A stretch of DNA of 53,904 nt from positions 1-53,904 of the forward strand of contig CANROM010000002.1 of the NCBI GenBank assembly GCA_947632225.1. Direction: 5' to 3'. Every line of letters starts with the position of its first letter. Within the stretch, counting starts at the first letter, position 1. The translations under genes and the position numbers were made by a program. The notes below the pieces were generated by a model, which was not told the origin of the DNA, searched no databases, and worked only from the letters and a program-made list of their open reading frames with translations. The stretch comes from an uncultured Clostridia bacterium. GTDB taxonomy: Bacteria; Bacillota; Clostridia; TANB77; CAG-465. Below, in pieces: positions 22,508 through 30,401 of the stretch.

Positions 22508-23533
22508 TTATTCTATTATCATGTTAGCATTATATTTTGTATCTTCATTTAGTTTTGTAGTAGCTGCGTTGTTTTCACCAGGTTTTAATATATCTAAAGG
22601 TTTTGTAACAACTTTATACTTTTTAGTTTCATTTTCAAGTTCAAATACACTAATGCTATTTTCAAGACTATCTTCAAGATGTCTTAGCTCTGTTGTAAAG
22701 TACATATCTTCATCTTCTACAATCATTCCTACTTTTTTAATTATTCTAAACATTTCTGCTAGATGTTGAATGTCTTCACCAACAAATACGATTTGAGGCT
22801 TTTCTTCAAATCCCGCATCATTTTTAGCAAAATTTTCATAGAAATCTGAATATAATTGTACTTTTTCAGCAAACATATTTTGCCAATCGTCATTTCTTCT
22901 TACAACTTCAAAAACATAATTTACTTCTTGAGAATCTTGTCTTAAAGTTACCATACCACCTGTTGGTTTAAATTTTACATTATACTTTTTAGAATATAAC
23001 AATACGTTAGGATTAGCTTTTTCAAAAGCTGCTACCTTTTGCATATATGCAATTATTACTTGGTTACCTGCAAGTTTTCTTTTAACAGCAAACGCTGGTT
23101 TAGTGTTTTCTGTAGGTTGCCATGTAGTTGGTATATTTCTTTGTTTTAATATATAAGTAGCAATTTTATCTATACAATATGCTCTATATGAGCTTTTTCC
23201 TGTTTCACTTTGGAAAAAGTATCTAGCTATAACTTTAGACTTTGTTAAATCTTCTAGCCATTTTGCTACTTTAGTTTGTCTTTTATCTGCTTCAATATCG
23301 TTTAGCTTTCCTCTTAGTTCAAGTACTTGTGTAACTTGTCTTGAAGTAACATATCCAAACTCATTTACAACTTCTAAGGCGTCTATATGAGATTCATTTA
23401 TATATCCCATATCCATTTTAAATACTACTTGGTTTATTGATGCAAAGCCTTCTTTTCCATCATAAACTTTTTTCTCATCTTGCCTTACAGCAAATGGAGA
23501 AACCGCAGTTTTTACTTCTTTATCATTTACCAT
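22508..23533 (-). CDS. Winged-helix protein resembling the plasmid/ICE replication-relaxation family
   Basis: 341-aa ORF. The segment HIDALEVVNEFGYVTSRQVTQVLELRG...KWLEDLTKSKVIARYFF...YRAYCIDKIATYIL fits the wHTH pattern of replication-relaxation proteins. This assignment is from memory only. Confidence 0.35.
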   Translation of the reverse strand: MVNDKEVKTAVSPFAVRQDEKKVYDGKEGFASINQVVFKMDMGYINESHIDALEVVNEFGYVTSRQVTQVLELRGKLNDIEADKRQTKVAKWLEDLTKSKVIARYFFQSETGKSSYRAYCIDKIATYILKQRNIPTTWQPTENTKPAFAVKRKLAGNQVIIAYMQKVAAFEKANPNVLLYSKKYNVKFKPTGGMVTLRQDSQEVNYVFEVVRRNDDWQNMFAEKVQLYSDFYENFAKNDAGFEEKPQIVFVGEDIQHLAEMFRIIKKVGMIVEDEDMYFTTELRHLEDSLENSISVFELENETKKYKVVTKPLDILKPGENNAATTKLNEDTKYNANMIIE

Positions 23534-23883
23534 CTTTCATCTCTCCTTAAATTTAATTTTGAAATTTTTTGGGTAAAACTAGTATAGTCTACTAGTAGCA
23601 AGTAAATATTATTGTATGTTCACCTGCCAATATTATTATATCTCATATGTAAACTCAATGCAATACAATATTTGATAAATTACAAAATTCTCTTATTATA
23701 TTGCCAATTTGTTACAAGAGCTGCTAAAAATATTGATTTTTTGGCTGAGTTGATGTAGATATCTGCAATTTTGAAACCTCTTTGTAATTGATATAAATAT
23801 CAATCAAGTTATTTTTAATTTAACATAAGGTCTATGTTTTCTCAGAAATTATCTAATAATTTTAAGAAAGTTATTAATATCAC

Positions 23884-23912
23884 TTGATTTTAGAACAAGC
23901 GTTCGATATAAT
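23884..23912 (+). promoter_or_regulatory. Near-consensus sigma-A promoter of the KilA-N gene
   Basis: TTGATT (23884-23889), 17 nt, TATAAT (23907-23912). RBS aaggagg lies 6 nt before the ATG at 23944. Confidence 0.7.
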
Positions 23913-23943
23913 AATTAAAACTATATAGTCAAGGAGGTAACAT

Positions 23944-24741
23944 ATGTCTGAATTAAATGTATTAAATCAAAAGATATCTTATATAAAAATTGATGATGAA
24001 GATTATATATCAATTACTGATATGTTAAAATCAAAAGATGGTGATTTTTTTGTTTCAGACTGGTTAAGAAACAGAAACACTGTTGAATTTTTAGGAATTT
24101 GGGAAGAAATTCATAATCCCAATTTTAATTATGGCGAATTTGCCATAATTAAGAGTCAAGCAGGTCTTAATAATTATAAAATTAGTGTAAAAGAATGGAC
24201 TGAAAAAACAAATGCAATAGGAATAATATCTAAAGCCGGAAGATACGGTGGAACTTATGCTCACAAAGATATAGCTTTTGAATTTGGAATGTGGATTAGC
24301 CCAAAATTTAAATTATTATTAATAAAAGAATTTGAAAGATTAAAATCAGAAGAACAAAAACAACTAGGTTGGAATGCTAAAAGGGAATTATCAAAAATTA
24401 ACTACAGAATACATACTGATGCAATTAAGAATAATTTAGTGCCTATTCAACTAACGAAAAATCAAATTAATTTTGTTTATTCAGAAGAAGCTGATGTTTT
24501 AAATATGGCTTTATTTGGAATTACTGCAAAAGAGTGGCGTACACAAAACACTAATTTAGAAGGTAATATAAGAGATTATGCAACAATAAATGAACTAATA
24601 TGTTTAGCAAATTTAGAAAGCCTAAATTCTGTTTTTATAAATGAAGGCTTAAAACAATCTGAAAGGTTGGAAAAATTAAATAAAATTGCAATATCACAAA
24701 TGAAAATTTTAAATAATACAGATGTAAAATATTTAAAATAA
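23944..24741 (+). CDS. KilA-N domain DNA-binding protein
   Basis: N-terminal YISITDMLK...FVSDWLRNRNTVEFLGIWE...GRYGGTYAHKDIAFEFGMWISPKFKLLLIKEF is the classical KilA-N pattern. This is the only convincing plus-strand gene in the window. Confidence 0.8.
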   Translation: MSELNVLNQKISYIKIDDEDYISITDMLKSKDGDFFVSDWLRNRNTVEFLGIWEEIHNPNFNYGEFAIIKSQAGLNNYKISVKEWTEKTNAIGIISKAGRYGGTYAHKDIAFEFGMWISPKFKLLLIKEFERLKSEEQKQLGWNAKRELSKINYRIHTDAIKNNLVPIQLTKNQINFVYSEEADVLNMALFGITAKEWRTQNTNLEGNIRDYATINELICLANLESLNSVFINEGLKQSERLEKLNKIAISQMKILNNTDVKYLK

Positions 24742-24773
24742 AAAGCCTGCATCTTTTTATACAGGCTTTTGTT
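24741..24773 (+). terminator. Terminator of the KilA-N gene, abutting the tRNA 3' end
   Basis: 9-bp stem aaaagcctg/caggctttt (24741-24749 / 24762-24770) running into a T-rich tail. Confidence 0.7.
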
Positions 24774-24848
24774 TGGCTGGGCTAGCTGGATTCGAACCAG
24801 CGCATGTCGGAGTCAGAGTCCGATGCCTTACCGCTTGGCGATAGCCCA
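24774..24848 (-). tRNA. tRNA-Gln (anticodon CUG), CCA encoded
   Basis: Reverse complement is TGGGCTATCGCCAAGCGGTAAGGCATCGGACTCTGACTCCGACATGCGCTGGTTCGAATCCAGCTAGCCCAGCCA. It has a 7-bp acceptor stem, D arm GCC/GGC, anticodon stem TCGGA/TCCGA with loop CTCTGAC, and T arm CTGGTTCGAATCCAG. Confidence 0.9.
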
Positions 24849-24864
24849 ATATTACACGCTTTTA

Positions 24865-24893
24865 ATTTTATCACAAGAGAATGTATTTAGCAA
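24865..24893 (-). promoter_or_regulatory. Putative promoter of tRNA-Gln
   Basis: Minus strand reads TTGCTA-17 nt-TAAAAT with an extended -10 (TGaTAAAAT), about 15 nt upstream of the tRNA 5' end. Confidence 0.5.
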
Positions 24894-24919
24894 GAAAAAA
24901 GTAATGTTTTCACATTACT
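24894..24919 (-). terminator. Terminator of the AAA+/M41 gene
   Basis: 8-bp stem agtaatgt/acattact (24900-24907 / 24912-24919) overlapping the stop codon, followed on the minus strand by T6. Confidence 0.65.
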
Positions 24920-26849
24920 TTTTTAATTCTTCTGGTATTTCTTGAGTTTTTCTTTTTCTTGGTTGTTTGTTATAAAAAGCATCTGCAGCTTGTTTTCCAG
25001 TAATTATACCATTTGCTACTAAAGCTTCTGCAACTCTTTTTATTCCATCTTTATGCTTGCTTAAAAGTTTTTCAGTTTCCTCGTATACCTCGTTAACAAG
25101 TTTTGAAGCAATTTCCCTAATTTTGTCTGAAGTTTTATCACTTATATTAAGTCGGTAATTAACGAAACTATAGTTTTTAAACTCTTCGAACATTCCGTAT
25201 TTCATAATAAAGTTTTCAACCACATATGTTGACATTTCTAAGTCGCCAGAGGCTCCTGAATCTATGTCATTATCTATGAAACTTTGTGAAATTCTTCCTG
25301 CTAAGTCTACCGCTACCATTTCTTTTAAGAGTGTCATATTTCCAGAATGTTGTTGAACTTCTAAGTCTTCAAACATTGTAACTCCAAGCCAAGTTTGTGC
25401 TGGCACAATAGAAACAAGTATACATTTCTCATTTAATTTAGTACTAGATAAAAGCCAAGCTACAAAGTGCCCTGCCTCATGCCATGCTGTAGAGTATACG
25501 TTTTTCTTTGTATATTTTGCATACTTTCTAAATAAATGAGCATACACTCCTTTGATGCTTTCTTCATCGACAGCTTTTTTATTAGTCATTTTTGCCATAG
25601 CCATAGATTTGTCTAGTAAGTCTATTGTTCTATCGGGATTTGCAATATTACTAAATGCAGTAGCATAAATTAGTATTTTATCTAGCATTTTATCTGAAAT
25701 AGTAACCTTATGATATTTACTTAATGTTTGAACTCTTGCTTTAATCATAGGTTTTACTTCATCAAACTTAGGTTCCTCTACAACAATAATTTCAAATCTT
25801 CTGCTTAAAGCACCATCTATTGAGAATATTCTTTCGTACTCTTCAGTAGTTGTAGCACCGATTAAAATGATGTCATCTCTTGCTAGTAATGGTTTTAGTG
25901 ATCCAGATAAATCTGGTCCGCTACCTTCTGCAGCTCCTGTGCCAAGCAACATATGAATTTCATCTATGAAAATTATAATATTCTTTCTCTTCATTACAAA
26001 GTTTATAAAATCTTGTACTTTTTGTTCAAATTCTCCTCTATACTTAGTTCCAGCAACCATTGAATTTAGATTTAAAGAATATACAGTATAGTCTTTAAAG
26101 AAATCTGGACAAGTCTTATTCTTAATACTATAAGTGATAGCCTCAATTATAGCTGTTTTACCTACTCCTGGTTCTCCTATTAATATAGCATTTCTTTTGT
26201 CCTTTTTAGCCATTATATTCCACAATTGCAATATTTCTTTGTCTCTTCCAACAATATCACATTTTGCATTTTCAGGTATTTGAGCTGAAAGATTATCCAA
26301 GAAAGTGTTTATTGAAGATGGTAAGCCGCCTTCAGTATTAGATTTTTGAAAATCTATGTTGTCTTCTAAAAACTTATCTAATTTTTTAGTATTGCATAGC
26401 TCATCTAATATTATTCTTGCTACACTTTCTTTATTTCTTAATATACAAGCAACAATTAAATCTATATCAATTTCATCCATATTATTAGAACTAGCTATTG
26501 CTCCTGCTTCAACAATTGCATCATATAACTCATCTGTATATTGTAGAACTATGCCTCTAGCTGAAGAGCCTCTAGCATCTGGATTTGTTGTTGTAAATAT
26601 CTTTTGGTGTAACTTTTCAGATTTAATTATAAGAGAAACTGCACTTTGAAGACTGTTTATTGTAGTAATTGAGTTTTCTATAATGTAGTCTCCAAGAATT
26701 GTGAAAGGCATATCTAAAGAAGCAATAACAAAGTCTAAAGTACTTAATTGTGTCTCACCAAGTAAGTAAGTAACATTTGTGGCTAAAACAAATGTGTCAA
26801 GTACATCCAACGAAAATTTTAATTCCTCATTATCATCAAAATTATTCAT
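24915..26849 (-). CDS. Soluble chimeric AAA+ protease: Clp_N repeats, ClpA/B/C D1-type ATPase and FtsH-type (M41) zinc metalloprotease domain
   Basis: Walker A GEPGVGKT, Walker B IIFIDEIH, sensor LIGATT, Arg finger ALSRRFE. The C-terminal WHEAGHFVAW (HEXXH) and GASGDLEMSTYVVENFIMKYGM parallel FtsH HEAGHA...GASNDLE..T..A..MV..YGM. No TM segments. Confidence 0.8.
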   Translation of the reverse strand: MNNFDDNEELKFSLDVLDTFVLATNVTYLLGETQLSTLDFVIASLDMPFTILGDYIIENSITTINSLQSAVSLIIKSEKLHQKIFTTTNPDARGSSARGIVLQYTDELYDAIVEAGAIASSNNMDEIDIDLIVACILRNKESVARIILDELCNTKKLDKFLEDNIDFQKSNTEGGLPSSINTFLDNLSAQIPENAKCDIVGRDKEILQLWNIMAKKDKRNAILIGEPGVGKTAIIEAITYSIKNKTCPDFFKDYTVYSLNLNSMVAGTKYRGEFEQKVQDFINFVMKRKNIIIFIDEIHMLLGTGAAEGSGPDLSGSLKPLLARDDIILIGATTTEEYERIFSIDGALSRRFEIIVVEEPKFDEVKPMIKARVQTLSKYHKVTISDKMLDKILIYATAFSNIANPDRTIDLLDKSMAMAKMTNKKAVDEESIKGVYAHLFRKYAKYTKKNVYSTAWHEAGHFVAWLLSSTKLNEKCILVSIVPAQTWLGVTMFEDLEVQQHSGNMTLLKEMVAVDLAGRISQSFIDNDIDSGASGDLEMSTYVVENFIMKYGMFEEFKNYSFVNYRLNISDKTSDKIREIASKLVNEVYEETEKLLSKHKDGIKRVAEALVANGIITGKQAADAFYNKQPRKRKTQEIPEELKK

Positions 26850-26982
26850 ATTTCTATCCTCCTTTATTATTAAACTAAGGTGACAGATTATTTAATTAAA
26901 TAATCTTTATATTTTTGATGTTACGTCAATTATATAGCACGATATTCCAAAAGTCAACAAATATTACACTATTTTTTAGCAT

Positions 26983-27013
26983 AAAAAAAGAGACGGTTCT
27001 ATTCCATCTCTTT
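26983..27013 (-). terminator. Terminator of the PAP2 gene
   Basis: Stem aaagagacgg/ccatctcttt (one mismatch) with the stop codon in the loop, followed on the minus strand by T7. Confidence 0.6.
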
Positions 27014-27628
27014 GTTATCTTCGTTAATTGTAGTTTTTTTCATTGCCATATATACAATCATAGTTACCGCAAAGCCAAGTAGCCATCCACCTATTATATC
27101 TCCCGCATAATGAACTCCTAAATATATTCGAGTAAAGCCAATTAGTACCACAAGAACAGTCATAAACGCTATTGCTCCCCACTTTATTTCGCTCTTCTTT
27201 ATTAGTTTATACGCATATATTATGAGCATAGAATAAAGAGCCATATTTACCATAGCATGTCCTGATGGGAAACTATATGATGTTTCAGATATAAGTCTTA
27301 ATATATTTGGTCTTTCACGCGCAAATATATTTTTTAAAATTACATCTATTGCAAAAGAAGAACATATAGTAATACTAACTGGTATTGCAATCTTATTTCT
27401 AAGCTTTGGCACTAAAAATATTATAAGTGATATAGCTGCTACACCAATTGGTCCACCAATATTGGTAATGATTATTAAGATAGTTGTTAGATTTGGTGAC
27501 ATATGCTCTATACTCTCACTATATACCCATGATTCAAATCTTGTTAAGTAATCTGCTTCTATTGCAATAGCAAGTATAACAAATAATATAATTGCCATTA
27601 TTGTAATCGTTAAATTTTTCTTGCTCAT
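26999..27628 (-). CDS. PAP2-family membrane phosphatase (BcrC/undecaprenyl-diphosphatase-like)
   Basis: KNIFARERP, FPSGHAM, TRIYLGVHYAGD (the three PAP2 motifs). The start is taken at MSKKNL (RBS ggagg), not the extended track start. Confidence 0.85.
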   Translation of the reverse strand: MSKKNLTITIMAIILFVILAIAIEADYLTRFESWVYSESIEHMSPNLTTILIIITNIGGPIGVAAISLIIFLVPKLRNKIAIPVSITICSSFAIDVILKNIFARERPNILRLISETSYSFPSGHAMVNMALYSMLIIYAYKLIKKSEIKWGAIAFMTVLVVLIGFTRIYLGVHYAGDIIGGWLLGFAVTMIVYMAMKKTTINEDNKEME

Positions 27629-27710
27629 TTTTTCCTCCATAATTATTATATATATTATGTTTAAAAAAAACAATACAAATAAAAATATAAATACAAATAA
27701 AAATGAATAT

Positions 27711-27750
27711 AAAAAAAACTTTGTAACACTTAAAATAAGTATTACAAAGT
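27711..27750 (-). terminator. Strong terminator immediately downstream of the displaced tRNA 3' fragment
   Basis: 9-bp stem actttgtaa/ttacaaagt (27718-27726 / 27742-27750), followed on the minus strand by T7-8. Confidence 0.7.
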
Positions 27751-27757
27751 TTAAATC

Positions 27758-27774
27758 TGGCTGGGCTGGCTGGA
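27758..27774 (-). repeat. Displaced tRNA 3'-end fragment, the candidate prophage attachment core (att)
   Basis: tggctgggctGgctgga matches the 3' end of the tRNA-Gln at 24774-24790 (tggctgggctAgctgga) at 16 of 17 positions, then diverges completely. The prophage lysis module starts about 450 nt to the right. Confidence 0.65.
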
Positions 27775-27839
27775 AAATATAATTTCTCTTAAAAGCTAAT
27801 ATCTTCCATTACTTGCTAATAGCCATATTTCTACATGTT

Positions 27840-27908
27840 AAGTTTCTATGTATAGCTATAAAATGCATAAAAGTTTCTATGTGGTTGCATTAAAAATTGC
27901 ATTAAAAA
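27840..27908. repeat. Direct repeats just inside the prophage end (candidate integrase/excisionase arm-type sites)
   Basis: aagtttctatgt occurs at 27840-27851 and 27871-27882. A perfect tandem ttgcattaaaaa occurs at 27885-27896 and 27897-27908. Confidence 0.4.
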
Positions 27909-27936
27909 TATAAATCCTATATTATTTTATATAATA

Positions 27937-28119
27937 CTATTTGTATTTAATATTTTTTATATATTCACATTGTTGTTTTTTATAATCTTCACAATTATCT
28001 TCTTCGCTACATCTAAAGCTCTGTATTCTATAACTTGAATTTTCACTTAATTGTGGTTTAGATTTTACTACTTCAGTCTTAACTTTTTTACCATAGAATT
28101 TACAAAAATATTCGGTCAA
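27937..28119 (-). CDS. Small Cys-rich hypothetical protein at the prophage end (moron position)
   Basis: 60-aa ORF with an apparent TTG start and RBS gagagg 8 nt upstream. It has four Cys (FC...RC...NC...QC). Confidence 0.4.
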   Translation of the reverse strand: MTEYFCKFYGKKVKTEVVKSKPQLSENSSYRIQSFRCSEEDNCEDYKKQQCEYIKNIKYK

Positions 28120-28225
28120 CTCATTCGCCTCTCTTTTTCTTATTTTGTATACAAATAAATTATAACATATTTTTATATGAGAAGCAAATCACTTTTTATG
28201 TAATAAAAATTTCTAAATCACTTTT

Positions 28226-28897
28226 TTAACTTATTATGGCATCTGTGTCCGCACCAACATAAATTTGGACTTCTCCAAAGTCTCTAGTCTTTATAACAGC
28301 AACATTTTCCTGAACCCATCGAATAACATCGTAGTCTAGACCACCAAACTTAGATGGCAACAGTTTTCCACACTCGTTTCCTACGACTGGTGCTTTATTT
28401 AATGGATAAACTCTCCATGTATTTACACTAGCTGGTAAGTGGATATGTGTTCTTGTATTTTTTTGTACATCTACATCTATATTTTTTCTATTGTATGGCT
28501 CTAAAAAGTAAAGTGGAGCACCATCAAAGTAATTATGTACTGTTTCACTCAATTCGCATTTTCCACTCCAATTTTGTTCTATGCATTTAAAAGTATTTAT
28601 ATTGGCCTCTAAAACAATTCCAACATGTCCATAAGCGAATCCTTGCCAATTAGCAATTGCTCCACGTGGTGGAATGTATTCTGGATAATTTTTTATAATT
28701 CTAAAATGTTTTGCAATATTAGGATTAGATAATAAGTCTCTAGCATATGGTGCTCCCATATTATCCTCAATTTCTAACACTCTTTTACAATAGTCGTTTG
28801 ATAAGTCCATACATTGCTTACCATAATATTTGTCTGTGTCAACACCTTCCGTACGTTTTACATCATTTAGATATGTATTAAATTCCATTTTCTTCAT
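28226..28897 (-). CDS. Endolysin: N-terminal CHAP amidase/peptidase plus C-terminal SH3b wall-binding domain
   Basis: YYGKQCMDLSNDY (catalytic Cys) and GHVGIVLE (His). The C-terminus WRVYPLNKAPV...VIKTRDFGEVQIYV is SH3b-like. Confidence 0.8.
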   Translation of the reverse strand: MKKMEFNTYLNDVKRTEGVDTDKYYGKQCMDLSNDYCKRVLEIEDNMGAPYARDLLSNPNIAKHFRIIKNYPEYIPPRGAIANWQGFAYGHVGIVLEANINTFKCIEQNWSGKCELSETVHNYFDGAPLYFLEPYNRKNIDVDVQKNTRTHIHLPASVNTWRVYPLNKAPVVGNECGKLLPSKFGGLDYDVIRWVQENVAVIKTRDFGEVQIYVGADTDAIIS

Positions 28898-29066
28898 CCT
28901 CCTTTTCTTTCTCTTTAATTAACTTTACCAAATAATCTATTTCAAAATAAATTGTTTGATCTAAATATGAATTAAAAATATATTCTTTGTTTTCTAAATT
29001 TTTCTGGTATAAAATCAATATTTTTATAATATTGTTTAAAATTATATTTTTTAGCAATCTTTTCAT
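28878..29066 (-). CDS. Small hypothetical lysis-module protein
   Basis: 62-aa ORF overlapping the endolysin start by 20 nt; no recognisable motif. Confidence 0.35.
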   Translation of the reverse strand: MKRLLKNIILNNIIKILILYQKNLENKEYIFNSYLDQTIYFEIDYLVKLIKEKEKEDEENGI

Positions 29067-29151
29067 AAAAGCACCTCCTAAATCAAGAAGTTTACAATAA
29101 TCGGCTTTTATATTGCCATTTTAAGCCCTTAAAAATACAAGGGTATAGTAA

Positions 29152-29367
29152 TTATACCCCTGTATTTTCGTCGCTTTTTTCATTTTCACTACTTATTTCT
29201 TTTTTGGTAAAATAATAGGTAAACACGGCTGTAATTAAGTTAGTCACTAAAATTAGAATGTTATCTTGCAGCACAAAGCCAAATAAATTAGCTATTACTA
29301 TAATAGCTAAAATTATTATCATAGATATTGTTATGAAAGATTTTAGATCACTCCACGCTTTCTTCAT
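29152..29367 (-). CDS. Holin (two TM helices, charged C-tail)
   Basis: 71 aa; two hydrophobic helices, then KKEISSENEKSDENTGV; located just upstream of the endolysin. Confidence 0.7.
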   Translation of the reverse strand: MKKAWSDLKSFITISMIIILAIIVIANLFGFVLQDNILILVTNLITAVFTYYFTKKEISSENEKSDENTGV

Positions 29368-29381
29368 TTACAATCTCTCCT

Positions 29382-29699
29382 TTACTTTAATTTTTCATAT
29401 TGGTCAGTTATATATTTATACTCATTTTCAATAAAATGATTTTTGAATTTAAATTTATCCACTATCAATTCATATCTTCCATATAGATCAAAAATTGCTT
29501 CGAACTCTTGCCTAGTTTTGATAATTCCGTTTCTTAAATCTCCTGCAAAACTGCAAATCTCAAATCTAAGCTGCAGTCTTTGGTTATCATAAAAATCTTT
29601 AAATTTATAATCTAGTATTTTATTGATTGCTGTTAAAATTGTCACAATTGAAGTTATTGTACTAGCAATCAGTACAGTCCAGTTACTTATATCTTGCAT
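29382..29699 (-). CDS. Membrane-anchored lysis-module accessory protein (N-terminal TM plus coiled coil)
   Basis: 105 aa; TM WTVLIASTITSIVTILTAI followed by a helical region. Confidence 0.5.
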   Translation of the reverse strand: MQDISNWTVLIASTITSIVTILTAINKILDYKFKDFYDNQRLQLRFEICSFAGDLRNGIIKTRQEFEAIFDLYGRYELIVDKFKFKNHFIENEYKYITDQYEKLK

Positions 29700-29709
29700 A
29701 GAAAACCTC

Positions 29710-30375
29710 CTATCTGTATCCTACAACTCTAACGATTTTAATTATCCTGTTGTCGCTCGTATCAAGGGTTGGGTTATTAAGTGCATTACCTCCTGCATAC
29801 TTATATGTCATTTTTCGATCTGCAATATCAATTAGTGCCATATATAAATATATATTGCCACCACCTGTATATGTGATGTCAAGATCAATGGTTTGATTAT
29901 TACAATTCCAAAATCTTGCAGATTTATAAATTTGTTTTGTCTTTGAGGTGTTTTCAGCTTTATATAAAATCTCTATATACTTATAATTTGTAACAGAGTC
30001 TTCTAAATTTATAGTTCCACTTTCTCCATCCGCATTATAAAAAAGCACCTCTTCATTAGATGTTACAGAGGTCCATTTTGTTGAATCTGCATATCGAGTA
30101 TCGAATTTTCTGTAAAAAATGTCCTGGGTAAGTTGATCAAATGCAAATTGAATGCATTCAATAAAATTGCCACTTTTATAGCTAATAACAATTAACTGGT
30201 CTTGTCCAGTAATAGAACCCCCAGGAGTGAATGGAACATTTTTAAAGTCTAAACCAAGAATGTAAATTCCAGTTTCAAAAGTTTCATTTGCATCACCATT
30301 ACTACTATACTGAGGTGTAATTTTTAAAAATTTTTTTAATGCAGATAATGTTTCTAATCCCATATATTTATGCAT
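29710..30375 (-). CDS. Prophage structural or unknown protein at the fibre/lysis junction
   Basis: 221-aa beta-rich ORF with RBS; no motif recognised. Confidence 0.5.
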   Translation of the reverse strand: MHKYMGLETLSALKKFLKITPQYSSNGDANETFETGIYILGLDFKNVPFTPGGSITGQDQLIVISYKSGNFIECIQFAFDQLTQDIFYRKFDTRYADSTKWTSVTSNEEVLFYNADGESGTINLEDSVTNYKYIEILYKAENTSKTKQIYKSARFWNCNNQTIDLDITYTGGGNIYLYMALIDIADRKMTYKYAGGNALNNPTLDTSDNRIIKIVRVVGYR

Positions 30376-30401
30376 AAATTTTCCTCCCCTCCTGATTTTA
30401 T

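Noticed and set aside
27674-27717. Direct repeat atacaaataaaaat (two copies) upstream of the PAP2 gene, and other short AT-rich repeats; considered as a possible CRISPR-like or iteron array.
   Set aside because: There are only two copies, in extremely AT-rich promoter DNA, with no spacer/repeat periodicity. No CRISPR array exists anywhere in the window.
24774-27774. The idea that the tRNA-Gln 3' end (24774-24790) and its 16/17 copy (27758-27774) are att repeats flanking a 3-kb island carrying the AAA+/M41 and PAP2 genes.
   Set aside because: The orientation is wrong. The tRNA is on the minus strand, so an element integrated at its 3' end would lie to the left of 24774, not on its 5' side. 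The fragment at 27758 keeps its own downstream terminator and adjoins the prophage. It is therefore better explained as the displaced end of a second tRNA targeted by the prophage. This has not been excluded experimentally.
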